Positions 35,345 through 48,070 of a stretch of DNA of 64,000 bases are shown here, piece after piece. This DNA comes from Amphiscolops sp. MND2022. Its lineage: Eukaryota. The stretch covers positions 16,618,001 to 16,682,000 of the forward strand of contig OZ076409.1 in the NCBI GenBank assembly GCA_964187785.1, in the 5' to 3' direction. The stretch's first letter is position 1. The number at the start of each line of letters is the position of its first letter. Made by a program: the position numbers and the translations under genes. The notes beneath the pieces were generated by a model, which was not told the origin of the DNA, did no database searches, and was given only the letters and a program-made list of their open reading frames with translations.

Positions 35345-38300
35345 TATTCTATGTGTGAACATCAGAGGCCTTGCTAATCCAGTAAAGCTTCTCGAGATCT
35401 GTGAAAAAAGGCAGATCCTAGGCAAAAATAATGAAACATGCATTGTAATACAAGAAACTAAGATAATTAAAATGAAGGAGGAACATGAAAAAATACTAAA
35501 AAAAATACAAATTAAAAAGTGAGGAAGTACCTGCTATAGGAGGGTCCGGGGGGCTACTAACAATCATACCAGAATTTTTGCAATACCAAGTTCTTCTGAA
35601 AGGTACAAGTTGCCTTGCACTCAAGATTAGCAAAAACAACCAAGAAACGATTCTGATCAATACCTATATCAATCCAAAAGACTTCAGAGCTGAAAACTTC
35701 TGCGCATGTTTAGAAGAATTAGGCTTAGAACCCACCCATAGAATTCTTATAGCAGGTGATTTCAATGCAATAGACAACGAAGATATTGGAAAAAACGATG
35801 CCTTGAATAACTCAATCAAAAATAATGATATCAGAATCTTACGCTATAAACGCATAATACCTTATATGAACTCACTGCTTTTGAAGGACCAAGTTAAAGA
35901 ACAAAATACCGTTCAACCGACTCACTACGATAAGAGAACAAAGAAAAATAGCAGAATTGACTATATTTTTAGCAACTGCATAAGTGACGAGCAAAAAATC
36001 GAATTGTTCAACATTACAAAAACTGATCACAAATGTCTTTTTCTACGAACCCACGAAGAAAGGTTAGACTTGAAGCAATCGCAATGGAAACTTAACGATA
36101 CGGTACTTGATGACAGATTCCGAATCAACGAAATTTTTAAAAATGCAATCCCAAAACTTAAGAACAAGCTGTCACTTGCAGAAACCTACGATAATTTTAA
36201 AGCCAACGTAAGAGATGACCTCCGACAGCTTTGTATCGAAAAACGAAACATTGAAAAAGCCTACGAAAGGCAACTTATACGTGACATTAAAGACCTAGAA
36301 CATGAACGGTTTGTATGCAACAACAAACCAGAAGAAATAAATCGAATCCAAAAAGAGATTGACAGAAAAAATGATGAAATCGATGCTCTGATCAACAACC
36401 AAAATAGAATGCAATTAAATAAAATCAAAAATTTCTACAATGAAGTGAACGAAGGTAACCCAAAACAGGTTAACCAACTTGTTTCCGCTCTTAGACCGAG
36501 TACAAGAATTAACAAACTGAAAAAAGACAATGGCGAAACAATCAACTCTCAAAATGATATTGTAGAAGAGATAACTACTTACTACCAAAATCTTTATGAG
36601 AGTCATGCTCCTCCTAGTCCAAACAACTATGAGCCCACATTACAACAAACAACTTACCTACAAAAATATTTTAAAAGAATTGAGAACAAGCTCTTTACCT
36701 ATGATAATACGAACATAAATGAAGACGAGATCACAGAATTTGAAGTAGAACAGGCGATTTTGAAACTGAATAACAAGAGCGCTCCCGGACCCGACGGTCT
36801 CACATCTAATCTATACCAAACTTATAAAAACTTCTTTATTCCCCTATTAACCGACCTATTCAATGACATTATACGGAAAAAACAAGTTCCTCCTTCATTT
36901 AATCTAGCAATCATCAAACTCATTCCAAAGAAATAAGCCTCTGAAAAAGTCTCCGACCTCAGACCAATAAGTCTAATCAATTCAGACCAAAAAATCTTGT
37001 CACATGTCCTGACTAAAAGAATCAAACCTCTCTTCGATCATGTCATAGGAAATCATCAATATGCTCATCTCACTGACAGAAATATTCACACAGCCCTAAC
37101 TAAAATCCGCCAATACTCAACAAGCTTGAGAAGCAAAGAAGCCCTGTGTGCTCTAGACTTCTCCAAAGCGTTTGATTGTGTTGACAGGGGTTTTCTCATG
37201 GCTATTCTTAAATATCTTCCAATTCCAGAAACAACAATCAATCTCATTGAAGCTCTCTATCAAAATACGATCTCAATCATTGACGTCAACTCCGAGTTTT
37301 CTAAACCAATTAAAATTACAAGAGGAGTCCGTCAAGGATGTCCACTATCAGCAATCCTTTTTATCCTAGTGATAGAGCCCCTGCTGGACAAAATCCAAAG
37401 ATCAAGAAAAATCAAATCTACTAACCATCAAAAATCGATCGCTTTTGCCGATGACATCACAGTATCCATTAAAACGAAGTCAATAAACAAACTTATCAAG
37501 TTTCTTGATGATTTTGAAATGATAGCAGGGCTTGCAATAAACTATGATAAATCAGAAATGCTGACCAAAAACCACAACATCTTCTTCAGAAACCCGGAAA
37601 AGACATTGAAAACGGTCAATCGAGTCAAAGTTCTTGGAGTTTTTATCACAACTAAATACGGAATAGACTGTAACACAAAAAACAAAATAGAAACAATTTT
37701 AAGTCAGGCAACAAAATTCACCTCAAAAAATATGAGCTTCCGAGCACGGGCAATCAATTTAGAGACCTTCATTCTTTCCAAAATAACCTATCAATTGAGA
37801 CACTTTACCAAAAACAAAACCTATATGAAAAAACTCAATGCTAAAATGGTTGATGGCTTTTGGAATCATAAAAAACATAACGTCAATCAAGAAATTGTGC
37901 ATTTGGAACGCAAAGAAGGTGGTATAGGCCTAAAAAACATCAATCGAAGAGTACTAGTCGCAAAACTCATGAATCTAAAAGTATCCCTTCTGGGTCCCAA
38001 CAACCATGATAATTACAATGACTTCAAAGGCTCAAAATGGTTCAAACAAATTGAGAGAGATTTGAAGAACGAGAATATCGATTTTGTAGAAATCACAAAC
38101 GAAATAATGAGAATTCAATATCTTTCCCAAACTATTGAAATCAACAACAATACAAAATCAAAAGACATCCATCAAATATTACGAAACCCAACAATTAGTA
38201 ATGCATGCCTTCCTCGCATAACAAAAACTGCTACGAAACAAAATATTTCCCCCGATCGCATTTTGTGCGTTCTGAAGTCACTCTGGAATAACACGAAATT

Positions 38301-38646
38301 GAAGTCATTCGACAAAAACTACATTTATTGCTTCTTAATGGATGCTTACCTTGACAAGGAAGAAAAATGGGAAAAACTTCTAACTCCTCATCCACTTTGT
38401 TTCCAATGTGGTGCGGAATTCGAAACATACTCTCACCTGATGTTTGATTGCTCTCTAACCCAAGACCTAAAAAAGAGCCTAAAATACCAAAACTGGGAAC
38501 ATATATGGACTGACCGAACCGGGAAATCCCAAAAACTGTTAGTTGCAATGCTTCTATCCTCTTGGACCGAGGAAGAAGGACCTTATTTAAGTTTTCTCAG
38601 ATCTAAACTAACTAACCACAACCCTAAGCAGGTACCAATAAACTAA
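35331..38646 (+). pseudogene. Family B ORF2 with a frameshift near 35500 and a nonsense codon at 36934-36936
   Basis: Fragments in the ORF track reconstruct the same EN-RT-CCHC protein as B1. Confidence 0.92.
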
Positions 38647-39017
38647 AACACAACCTTCCTTAAGTTCACACATAGATAGATGTATTCATTTGTCTATTGT
38701 TTTTGTTATTACTATGTACAATTTTTTTTATATATGAGTTTTTTTTTGTTTTAGTTTTGTAATACTCAGTTATTAATATAGTCTTCAAAAGCCTAATTGT
38801 TGTGATAAACTTATTAAATAGGTAAGTATTCCAACCCTATTGATAAGTTTTATTTGAAAGCAGACTGCGAAAGTGGTCTGCTGCCCAATTTTTTGAACAA
38901 GGAACAAGCTAGTCTGCACTAACTTAAAAGTTACGCGTATTTTGACCGAGAAAATTTTCGTATCATTGTACGTAATTTTGTTGTTAAGCATATAAAGCTA
39001 TTGATTTTACAATGATC

Positions 39018-39136
39018 GGCTACGACCATACCATGTTGAATGCACCGGTTCTCGTCCGATCACCGAAGTTAAACAACATAGGGCCTGGTTAGTACTTGGA
39101 TGGGAGACCGCTTGGGAACACCAGGTGTTGTAGCCT
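39018..39136 (+). rRNA. 5S rRNA
   Basis: Copy of 129-247. Confidence 0.98.
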
Positions 39137-39712
39137 TTTTTGTCAGAAATGTGGTTTAACTTCGGTGACAGTTTTGCAAAAGGGGTCAAATTGAAAAGAT
39201 AGCAAAAAACGGACAACGCCATTAGAAAGAGCGTCCAAAAAAACCCCCATGCTGAAATTTTCGCCGCCATCACTTGAATTTTCATTGAGTTATGTCATTT
39301 TTACTATTTTCACAAAATGTGGTTTAACTTCGGTGACAGTTTTGCAAAAGGGGTCAAAATGAACAGATAGCAAAAAACGGACAACGGCATTGGAAATAGG
39401 GCCCAAAATTACCCCTAAAACGTGTTTTTCACACTCCTGAGTCGACTTTTGATAATACATGGAATTTCATTTTTAAGCTTACTAATTTATGCTTTTCAGC
39501 ATACATTTTCGTAATAGAGTCAAAATTTTGCTTTCTCACAATTTTTCTGGAATATTTTTGTTTCATCAGATGTCAATAACTTGAAACATCGTCTTTTCAT
39601 GAGAATTTCTCCTCAAAACAAGTTGTTGGCTGGTAATGGTAAGTCCGTACCGCAGATAGGAGTCTCGCGCTCCAAAAATTGACTCTTTGCTTTTAGCCTA
39701 ATTGTTGTGATA

Positions 39713-41697
39713 TACGGCGTTACTCTGTCAGCCTGCAAACTTTGTTTGCACAGCGCCATCTTGCAAATTTTGCAGCAAAAGTTGCAAAAGTAATGACTAA
39801 TTTGAACACGAGTGAGCTTGATCAACATCATAATGAAAATGTTGAGCAAAATTGTTACAAAAATGCAGTTATTTCCTTGTCGAAATCGAACTCAAATATG
39901 GACAAATTACCAATTATTATCAACTTTGCCTTACCACTGACATCTGAAATGTTCAAAAACAGCAAATTACTGGATTCAATGTTTGTGGAAGCTGTTATGG
40001 CCGTCAAAAACCGACTTAACTCCAATGAAATTACCATCTTCAAAACTACAATTTTACGAAACAAAGGCAATTTGAAGTGTATTACTGTGATCATTCCTTA
40101 CAAACTTGAAAATGCAGCTTCCTCTCTTATTCACGAGGGCATTACTCTTCGCAATCGGAAAATACGGCCTTATTCTGTCAATTATTCCAACCCGAACAAC
40201 AATGTCTATCCAAAAAGATTACCAATATCTTTCCGAAACCTACCACACTTTCTGACGGATGAGGATATTTTGAGTAGCTGTGGTCTTCAAAACTTCAAAT
40301 TTAGTAGCAAAATTTTTCATCAACAACGACGACTTCCTGATAGCAGCCTTTTTTATACAGGAGAGGCAAGAATTACAGTTTTAATTGACAATGAGAATGA
40401 GGAAAGTTTACTACAAAACTGGGCCAATAATGCATATGACAAAATGTTTAGTTCCAGTGGCATTTTTTTCAAATGTTGCTGTATCCCACTCCTCGAATGC
40501 TCTTTATGCGTCAATGAGAACCTTCCCAGTGCTCATCAACAATCAAGATGCCCAAAACAACTATCAGACGAACAGCAAATACAGAAAAACAGTGAATCTC
40601 AGAACCAGAAGTTAACAAATGACTATGTTATGGAAACTGCAGAAACAGAGCCAATGTCTAATGAACCTGAACTGTCAGATTCAGATGATGCTGAACCAAT
40701 CTCAAAGGCGCCAAAGCAGACCGATGATGGTACTGAAACCGAATGCAATAACAACGTGGCAGAAACTGAACAACCATGCATTAACAACTCAAAGAAAGAT
40801 ACCCATCCTATGCAAAAACCTGTACTAATGCATCGCTCAACTGAATGGAAATCCTCAACAGACCTTGCCCGAAATCAAGCAGATGACCAACAGTCAACGG
40901 CAAAGCATGGATATCATGAATACCCATTCTTTTTGGAAAAGAAACAAAACAAAATACTGGCACCCGAAACTATTTTCAACGAAATACCTCCTATAAAAGA
41001 ACATGTGATCAAAACCCAACAAACTTCTGGTTACATCAATACACTAGACAAGGAAAAGAAAATTCAAAGGACCTTTTCACTCGTACAACCACTGAAGAAA
41101 GAAAAACTCGAAGATCTTTTATCTGAATCAAACTGGAAACATTCTGACTCTAACACTATTTTAACTTCTCTTTATGAATTTTACCAATTAATCCGGAAGT
41201 TTGATCCATTCTATGATGCTACAAACCACCAAATTTATACTATTAATCTGGAGAATAAAATTGTACAAGTTTTCACTGCAGTTGAAAACTTATACAATGA
41301 AAACAAAAACTAAACTGAAAAATTTCGGACCTTTTTGACTGCAACTTTAAAGTTCTAAATCTCTACAATACCATCATCAATCAACCCAATTCCCAATTCT
41401 TTTCGAGCACTAGTTGTTCGCAACCTGTATGCAAAAAACGGGTTTTGAAAACAAACTCCTTCCAGGAGCAAACATCTTTTTTTCATAAATTCTCCAAACT
41501 ACATTATACTAACTTCATACCTAAAAAAAAAACATTCCCATTTTGGCGCTTTCTCAAAAATGCCATAACCAAGCATCTTCATCTACATACTTCAGCTTTT
41601 TCAACACTTCAGTTACTCATATACTCATTTTATACCTATACCTTAGACTTCATTACTTTTTACTTGTAAATTCTCAGTTATTAATATAGTCTTCAAA
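39713..41697 (+). mobile_element. Family C element, copy C5 (2 extra nt at 5' junction)
   Basis: TSD 39695-39712 / 41698-41715; junction GTGATA-TA-CGGCG. Confidence 0.9.
39793..41313 (+). CDS. Family C ORF1-like protein, 506 aa, intact
   Basis: Near-identical to 15668-17188. Confidence 0.85.
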   Translation: MTNLNTSELDQHHNENVEQNCYKNAVISLSKSNSNMDKLPIIINFALPLTSEMFKNSKLLDSMFVEAVMAVKNRLNSNEITIFKTTILRNKGNLKCITVIIPYKLENAASSLIHEGITLRNRKIRPYSVNYSNPNNNVYPKRLPISFRNLPHFLTDEDILSSCGLQNFKFSSKIFHQQRRLPDSSLFYTGEARITVLIDNENEESLLQNWANNAYDKMFSSSGIFFKCCCIPLLECSLCVNENLPSAHQQSRCPKQLSDEQQIQKNSESQNQKLTNDYVMETAETEPMSNEPELSDSDDAEPISKAPKQTDDGTETECNNNVAETEQPCINNSKKDTHPMQKPVLMHRSTEWKSSTDLARNQADDQQSTAKHGYHEYPFFLEKKQNKILAPETIFNEIPPIKEHVIKTQQTSGYINTLDKEKKIQRTFSLVQPLKKEKLEDLLSESNWKHSDSNTILTSLYEFYQLIRKFDPFYDATNHQIYTINLENKIVQVFTAVENLYNENKN

Positions 41698-41925
41698 AGC
41701 CTAATTGTTGTGATAAACTTATTAAATAGGTAAGTATTCCAACCCTATTGATAAGTTTTATTTGAAAGCAGACTGCGAAAGTGGTCTGCTGCCCAATTTT
41801 TTGAACAAGGAACAAGCTAGTCTGCACTAACTTAAAAGTTACGCGTATTTTGACCGAGAAAATTTTCGTATCATTGTACGTAATTTTGTTGTTAAGCATA
41901 TAAAGCTATTGATTTTACAATGATC

Positions 41926-42044
41926 GGCTACGACCATACCATGTTGAATGCACCGGTTCTCGTCCGATCACCGAAGTTAAACAACATAGGGCCTGGTTAG
42001 TACTTGGATGGGAGACCGCTTGGGAACACCAGGTGTTGTAGCCT
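41926..42044 (+). rRNA. 5S rRNA
   Basis: Copy of 129-247. Confidence 0.98.
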
Positions 42045-42619
42045 TTTTTGTCAGAAATGTGGTTTAACTTCGGTGACAGTTTTGCAAAAGGGGTCAAATT
42101 GAAAAGATAGCAAAAACGGACAACGCCATTAGAAAGAGCGTCCAAAAAAACCCCCATGCTGAAATTTTCGCCGCCATCACTTGAATTTTCATTGAGTTAT
42201 GTCATTTTTACTATTTTCACAAAATGTGGTTTAACTTCGGTGACAGTTTTGCAAAAGGGGTCAAAATGAACAGATAGCAAAAAACGGACAACGGCATTGG
42301 AAAGAGGGCCCAAAATTACCCCTAAAACGTGTTTTTCACACTCCTGAGTCGACTTTTGATAATACATGGAATTTCATTTTTAAGCTTACTAATTTATGCT
42401 TTTCAGCATACATTTTCGTAATAGAGTCAAAATTTTGCTTTCTCACAATTTTTCTGGAATATTTTTGTTTCATCAGATGTCAATAACTTGAAATGTCGTC
42501 TTTTCATGAGAATTTCTCCTCAAAACAAGTTGTTGGCTGGTAATGGTAAGTCCGTACCGCAGATAGGAGTCTCGCGCTCCAAAAATTGACTCTTTGCTTT
42601 TAGCCTAATTGTTGTGATA

Positions 42620-44241
42620 CTGCGTGTGTCAGCGATTATTTGCTAACTCTACTCTCACTGCTGCGGCAGAGAAGACGAAAATTACCTGAACAATGCCTTT
42701 ATTGACAGCAGAATTCATCATTCCTTACACAAGAGAAGAAATTACCAGCCCAAGCATAAAGCAAGCTGTTTACAAAGAATTCCTTTGCAAGCTTTTACAT
42801 GCTTTTTCGCCTACTCATATTGACAGCGTGACATGCATTAAATCGTACGTGTCCAAACATGCGCCAGCGCATGAGCATGAAAAGAAGCTTGAATGCATCA
42901 AAATTATTGCTCCAAACTTGATAGAAAACGATTTCAAAAACCTACTTCTTAAAGGAATTCCTTACAAAAACCGGATAATTTATGCATTCCAAAACAGTGA
43001 TGTTTATTCTAACTCCTACCCAAAGCAATTCACTTTGAAATTCCGCAATTTATCACACTTTTTAGAAGATGGAGAGATTGTGGAGGCTTGTAATCTGCAA
43101 GAGTACAAAATTTCCAAATTACGCCACCAAAGAGTAAGAATTTCTGACGACATCGAAGCCTTTACTGGAATCTGTTATGCTGAAATAGAGATTGCCAATC
43201 AATGCCAATTAGAAAACATCAAATCATGGAACCAACAAGCCTTTTTGAACCAGTTTGTTACTAATGAAATTCCCTTCAAATGTTACATTCAAACCTTGTT
43301 ACAATGTGAGAATTGTAACGAAGGAAAACGCCAATTTATGGGCCATCATAAGAAGCAATGCAAACATCACTCTACACAAAAAAACAATCTTAGCAATGAA
43401 GATACTGTGCCAATACCTTCTGAGGAGGAGGAGGAGTCAGCTGATGAACCTGAAAACAAAGCCACGAAAGTGGATCCCGATTTTGCTTTTTTACCGTTTT
43501 ACCTCGATGTGGACAACGAAATTATTCAGGCTGTCAACAGAATGGAATCAAAATATCCTAAACTAGCAGAATGTGATCACAAAGGAGGTGATATCAACAT
43601 CATTAACGATAAAAAAGTTGTTGTTAACCAACTAAGATATGTCCAAAAACTATCGGAATCAGCACAACAAGAGATGTTTGAAGACAAAGAGTGGAGAAGC
43701 CGAACCTCCTCTTCAAAGATCGCCAACTACGATGCCTTCAAATACATCAAAGGAAGACTGGATGCCTTCTTTTATAAACCCGAGAACATCATTTATTTAG
43801 TAAATCTCCAAGGAAAAGTTAGATATGACTTTATCCCATTTGAAAAACAAGATTGATGCTATTTTTTGTAACAAACACAAATAACTCAAAACCCACTCCT
43901 TGATATGCTACACCCTCAAATCCCAAGTCTTTTAAAGTTCAATACCATGCTATTAAAATAGCCAAAAAACAGTTTGATCCAATAACTCCATCCAGGAGCA
44001 AACATCACTTTTACCCCACATACTCAAGACTACATTATACTAATTTCTTCAAAAAAAAACAACGTTCTTTTTTGCTTGAACTTTCAAACAAGCTTCCATT
44101 TTTCACTCAGTACTTTTTCATACTCTTATACAGTACTCTGTACAACTTTTATACCGTTTATATCTTTTATACAATTTATACTTAGACTTACTATAAAGAC
44201 TATTTGATTTATACAATAAAAGGTCCAATACAATCTTTAAA
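42620..44241 (+). mobile_element. Family D ORF1-only non-autonomous retroelement, copy D1 (1622 bp), in SL exon
   Basis: 18-bp TSD 42602-42619 / 44242-44259; single ORF, no RT. Confidence 0.9.
42693..43856 (+). CDS. Family D ORF1-like protein, 387 aa (RRM-like, CCHC, C-terminal domain shared with family C)
   Basis: YPKQFTLKFRNL, FTGICYAEI, CENCNEGKRQFMGHHKKQC, PFYLD...IYLVNLQGKV. Confidence 0.85.
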   Translation: MPLLTAEFIIPYTREEITSPSIKQAVYKEFLCKLLHAFSPTHIDSVTCIKSYVSKHAPAHEHEKKLECIKIIAPNLIENDFKNLLLKGIPYKNRIIYAFQNSDVYSNSYPKQFTLKFRNLSHFLEDGEIVEACNLQEYKISKLRHQRVRISDDIEAFTGICYAEIEIANQCQLENIKSWNQQAFLNQFVTNEIPFKCYIQTLLQCENCNEGKRQFMGHHKKQCKHHSTQKNNLSNEDTVPIPSEEEEESADEPENKATKVDPDFAFLPFYLDVDNEIIQAVNRMESKYPKLAECDHKGGDINIINDKKVVVNQLRYVQKLSESAQQEMFEDKEWRSRTSSSKIANYDAFKYIKGRLDAFFYKPENIIYLVNLQGKVRYDFIPFEKQD

Positions 44242-44469
44242 AGCCTAATTGTTGTGATAAACTTATTAAATAGGTAAGTATTCCAACCCTATTGATAAGT
44301 TTTATTTGAAAGCAGACTGCGAAAGTGGTCTGCTGCCCAATTTTTTGAACAAGGAACAAGCTAGTCTGCACTAACTTAAAAGTTACGCGTATTTTGACCG
44401 AGAAAATTTTCGTATCATTGTACGTAATTTTGTTGTTAAGCATATAAAGCTATTGATTTTACAATGATC

Positions 44470-44588
44470 GGCTACGACCATACCATGTTGAATGCACCGG
44501 TTCTCGTCCGATCACCGAAGTTAAACAACATAGGGCCTGGTTAGTACTTGGATGGGAGACCGCTTGGGAACACCAGGTGTTGTAGCCT
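44470..44588 (+). rRNA. 5S rRNA
   Basis: Copy of 129-247. Confidence 0.98.
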
Positions 44589-45164
44589 TTTTTGTCAGAA
44601 ATGTGGTTTAACTTCGGTGACAGTTTTGCAAAAGGGGTCAAATTGAAAAGATAGCAAAAAACGGACAACGCCATTAGAAAGAACGTCCAAAAAAACCCCC
44701 ATGCTGAAATTTTCGCCGCCATCACTTGAATTTTCATTGAGTTATGTCATTTTTACTATTTTCACAAAATGTGGTTTAACTTCGGTGACAGTTTTGCAAA
44801 AGGGGTCAAAATGAACAGATAGCAAAAAACGGACAACGGCATTGGAAAGAGGGCCCAAAATTACCCCTAAAACGTGTTTTTCACACTCCTGAGTCGACTT
44901 TTGATAATACATGGAATTTCATTTTTAAGCTTACTAATTTATGCTTTTCAGCATACATTTTCGTAATAGAGTCAAAATTTTGCTTTCTCACAATTTTTCT
45001 GGAATATTTTTGTTTCATCAGATGTCAATAACTTGAAACGTCGTCTTTTCATGAGAATTTCTCCTCAAAACAAGTTGTTGGCTGGTAATGGTAAGTCCGT
45101 ACCGCAGATAGGAGTCTCGCGCTCCAAAAATTGACTCTTTGCTTTTAGCCTAATTGTTGTGATA

Positions 45165-47147
45165 CGGCGTCACTCTGTCAGCCTGCAAACTTTGTTTGCA
45201 CAGCGCCATCTTGCAAATTTTGCAGCAAAAGTTGCAAAAGTAATGACTAATTTGAACACGAGTGAGCTTGATCAACATCATAATGAAAATGTTGAGCAAA
45301 ATTGTTACAAAAATGCAGTTATTTCCTTGTCGAAATCGAACTCAAATATGGACAAATTACCAATTATTATCAACTTTGCCTTACCACTGACATCTGAAAT
45401 GTTCAAAAACAGCAAATTACTGGATTCAATGTTTGTGGAAGCTGTTATGGCCGTCAAAAACCGACTTAACTCCAATGAAATTACCATCTTCAAAACTACA
45501 ATTTTACGCAACAAAGGCAATTTGAAGTGTATTACTGTGATCATTCCTTACAAACTTGAAAATGCAGCTTCCTCTCTTATTCACGAGGGCATTACTCTTC
45601 GCAATCGGAAAATACGGCCTTATTCTGTCAATTATTCCAACCCGAACAACAATGTCTATCCAAAAAGATTACCAATATCTTTCCGAAACCTACCACACTT
45701 TCTGACGGATGAGGATATTTTGAGTAGCTGTGGTCTTCAAAACTTCAAATTTAGTAGCAAAATTTTTCATCAACAACGACGACTTCCTGATAGCAGCCTT
45801 TTTTATACAGGAGAGGCAAGAATTACAGTTTTAATTGACAATGAGAATGAGGAAAGTTTACTACAAAACTGGGCCAATAATGCATATGACAAAATGTTTA
45901 GTTCCAGTGGCATTTTTTTCAAATGTTGCTGTATCCCACTCCTCGAATGTTCTTTATGCGTCAATGAGAACCTTCCCAGTGCTCATCAACAATCAAGATG
46001 CCCAAAACAACTATCAGACGAACAGCAAATACAGAAAAACAGTGAATCTCAGAACCAGAAGTTAACAACTGACTACGTTATGGAAACTGCAGAAACAGAG
46101 CCAATGTCTAATGAACCTGAACTGTCAGATTCAGATGATGCTGAACCAATCTCAAAGGCGCCAAAGCAGACCGATGATGGTACTGAAACCGAATGCAATA
46201 ACAACGTGGCAGAAACTGAACAACCATGCATTAACAACTCAAAGAAAGATAACATTCCTATGCAAAAACCTGAACTAATGCATCGCTCAACTGAATGGAA
46301 ATCCTCAACAGACCTTGCCCGAAATCAAGCAGATGACCAACAGTCAACGGCAAAGCATGGATATCATGAATACCCATTCTTTTTGGAAAAGAAACAAAAC
46401 AAAATACTGGCACCCGAAACTATTTTCAACGAAATACCTCCTATAAAAGAACATGTGATCAAAACCCAACAAACTTCTGGCTACATCAATACACTAGACA
46501 AGGAAAAGAAAATTCAAAGGACCTTTTCACTCGTACAACCACTGAAGAAAGAAAAACTCGAAGATCTTTTATCTGAATCAAACTGGAAACATTCTGACTC
46601 TAACACTATTTTAACTTCTCTTTATGAATTTTACTCATTGATCCGGAAGTTTGATCCATTCTATGATGCTACAAACCACCAAATTTACACTATTAATCTG
46701 CAGAATAAAAGTGTACAAGTTTTCACTGCAGTTGAAAACTTATACAATGAAAACAAAAACTAAACTGAAAAATTTCGGACCTTTTTGACTGGAACTTTAA
46801 AGTTCTAAATCTCTACAATACCATCATCAATCAACCCAATTCCCAATTCTTTTCGAGCACTAGTTGTTCGCAACCTGTATGCAAAAAACGGGTTTTGAGA
46901 ACAAACTCCTTCCAGGAGCAAACATCTTTTTTTCATACATTCTCCAAAATACATTATACTAACTTCATACCAAAAAAAAAAACATTCCCATTTTGGCGCT
47001 TTCTCAAAAATGCCATAACCAAGCATCTTCATCTACATACTTCTGCTTTTTCAACACTTCAGTTACTCATATACTCATTTTATACATATACCTTAGACTT
47101 CATTACTTTTTACTTGTAAATTCTCAGTTATTAGTATAGTCTTCAAA
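45165..47147 (+). mobile_element. Family C element, copy C6
   Basis: TSD 45147-45164 / 47148-47165. Confidence 0.9.
45243..46763 (+). CDS. Family C ORF1-like protein, 506 aa, intact
   Basis: Near-identical to 15668-17188. Confidence 0.85.
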   Translation: MTNLNTSELDQHHNENVEQNCYKNAVISLSKSNSNMDKLPIIINFALPLTSEMFKNSKLLDSMFVEAVMAVKNRLNSNEITIFKTTILRNKGNLKCITVIIPYKLENAASSLIHEGITLRNRKIRPYSVNYSNPNNNVYPKRLPISFRNLPHFLTDEDILSSCGLQNFKFSSKIFHQQRRLPDSSLFYTGEARITVLIDNENEESLLQNWANNAYDKMFSSSGIFFKCCCIPLLECSLCVNENLPSAHQQSRCPKQLSDEQQIQKNSESQNQKLTTDYVMETAETEPMSNEPELSDSDDAEPISKAPKQTDDGTETECNNNVAETEQPCINNSKKDNIPMQKPELMHRSTEWKSSTDLARNQADDQQSTAKHGYHEYPFFLEKKQNKILAPETIFNEIPPIKEHVIKTQQTSGYINTLDKEKKIQRTFSLVQPLKKEKLEDLLSESNWKHSDSNTILTSLYEFYSLIRKFDPFYDATNHQIYTINLQNKSVQVFTAVENLYNENKN

Positions 47148-47375
47148 AGCCTAATTGTTGTGATAAACTTATTAAATAGGTAAGTATTCCAACCCTATTG
47201 ATAAGTTTTATTTGAAAGCAGACTGCGAAAGTGGTCTGCTGCCCAATTTTTTGAACAAGGAACAAGCTAGTCTGCACTAACTTAAAAGTTACGCGTATTT
47301 TGACCGAGAAAATTTTCGTATCATTGTACGTAATTTTGTTGTTAAGCATATAAAGCTATTGATTTTACAATGATC

Positions 47376-47494
47376 GGCTACGACCATACCATGTTGAATG
47401 CACCGGTTCTCGTCCGATCACCGAAGGTAAACAACATAGGGCCTGGTTAGTACTTGGATGGGAGACCGCTTGGGAACACCAGGTGTTGTAGCCT
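47376..47494 (+). rRNA. 5S rRNA (A-box substitution)
   Basis: CCGAAGGTAAAC instead of CCGAAGTTAAAC. Confidence 0.92.
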
Positions 47495-48070
47495 TTTTTG
47501 TCAGAAATGTGGTTTAACTTCGGTGACAGTTTTGCAAAAGGGGTCAAATTGAAAAGATAGCAAAAAACGGACAACGCCATTAGAAAGAGCGTCCAAAAAA
47601 ACCCCCATGCTGAAATTTTCGCCGCCATCACTTGAATTTTCATTGAGTTATGTCATTTTTACTATTTTCACAAAATGTGGTTTAACTTCGGTGACAGTTT
47701 TGCAAAAGGGGTCAAAATGAACAGATAGCAAAAAACGGACAATGGCATTGGAAAGAGGGCCCAAAATTACCCCTAAAACGTGTTTTTCACACTCCTGAGT
47801 CGACTCTTGATAATACATGGAATTTCATTTTTAAGCTTACTAATTTATGCTTTTCAGCATACATTTTCGTAATAGAGTCAAAATTTTGCTTTCTCACAAT
47901 TTTTCTGGAATATTTTTGTTTCATCAGATGTCAATAACTTGAAACGTCGTCTTTTCATGAGAATTTCCCCTCAAAACAAGTTGTTGGCTGGTAATGGTAA
48001 GTCCGTACCGCAGATAGGAGTCTCGCGCTCCAAAAATTGACTCTTTGCTTTTAGCCTAATTGTTGTGATA

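Larger units (their letters stand above)
33167..38789 (+). mobile_element. Family B full-length element, copy B2
   Basis: 17-bp TSD 33150-33166 / 38790-38806; same 5' end as B1. Confidence 0.95.
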
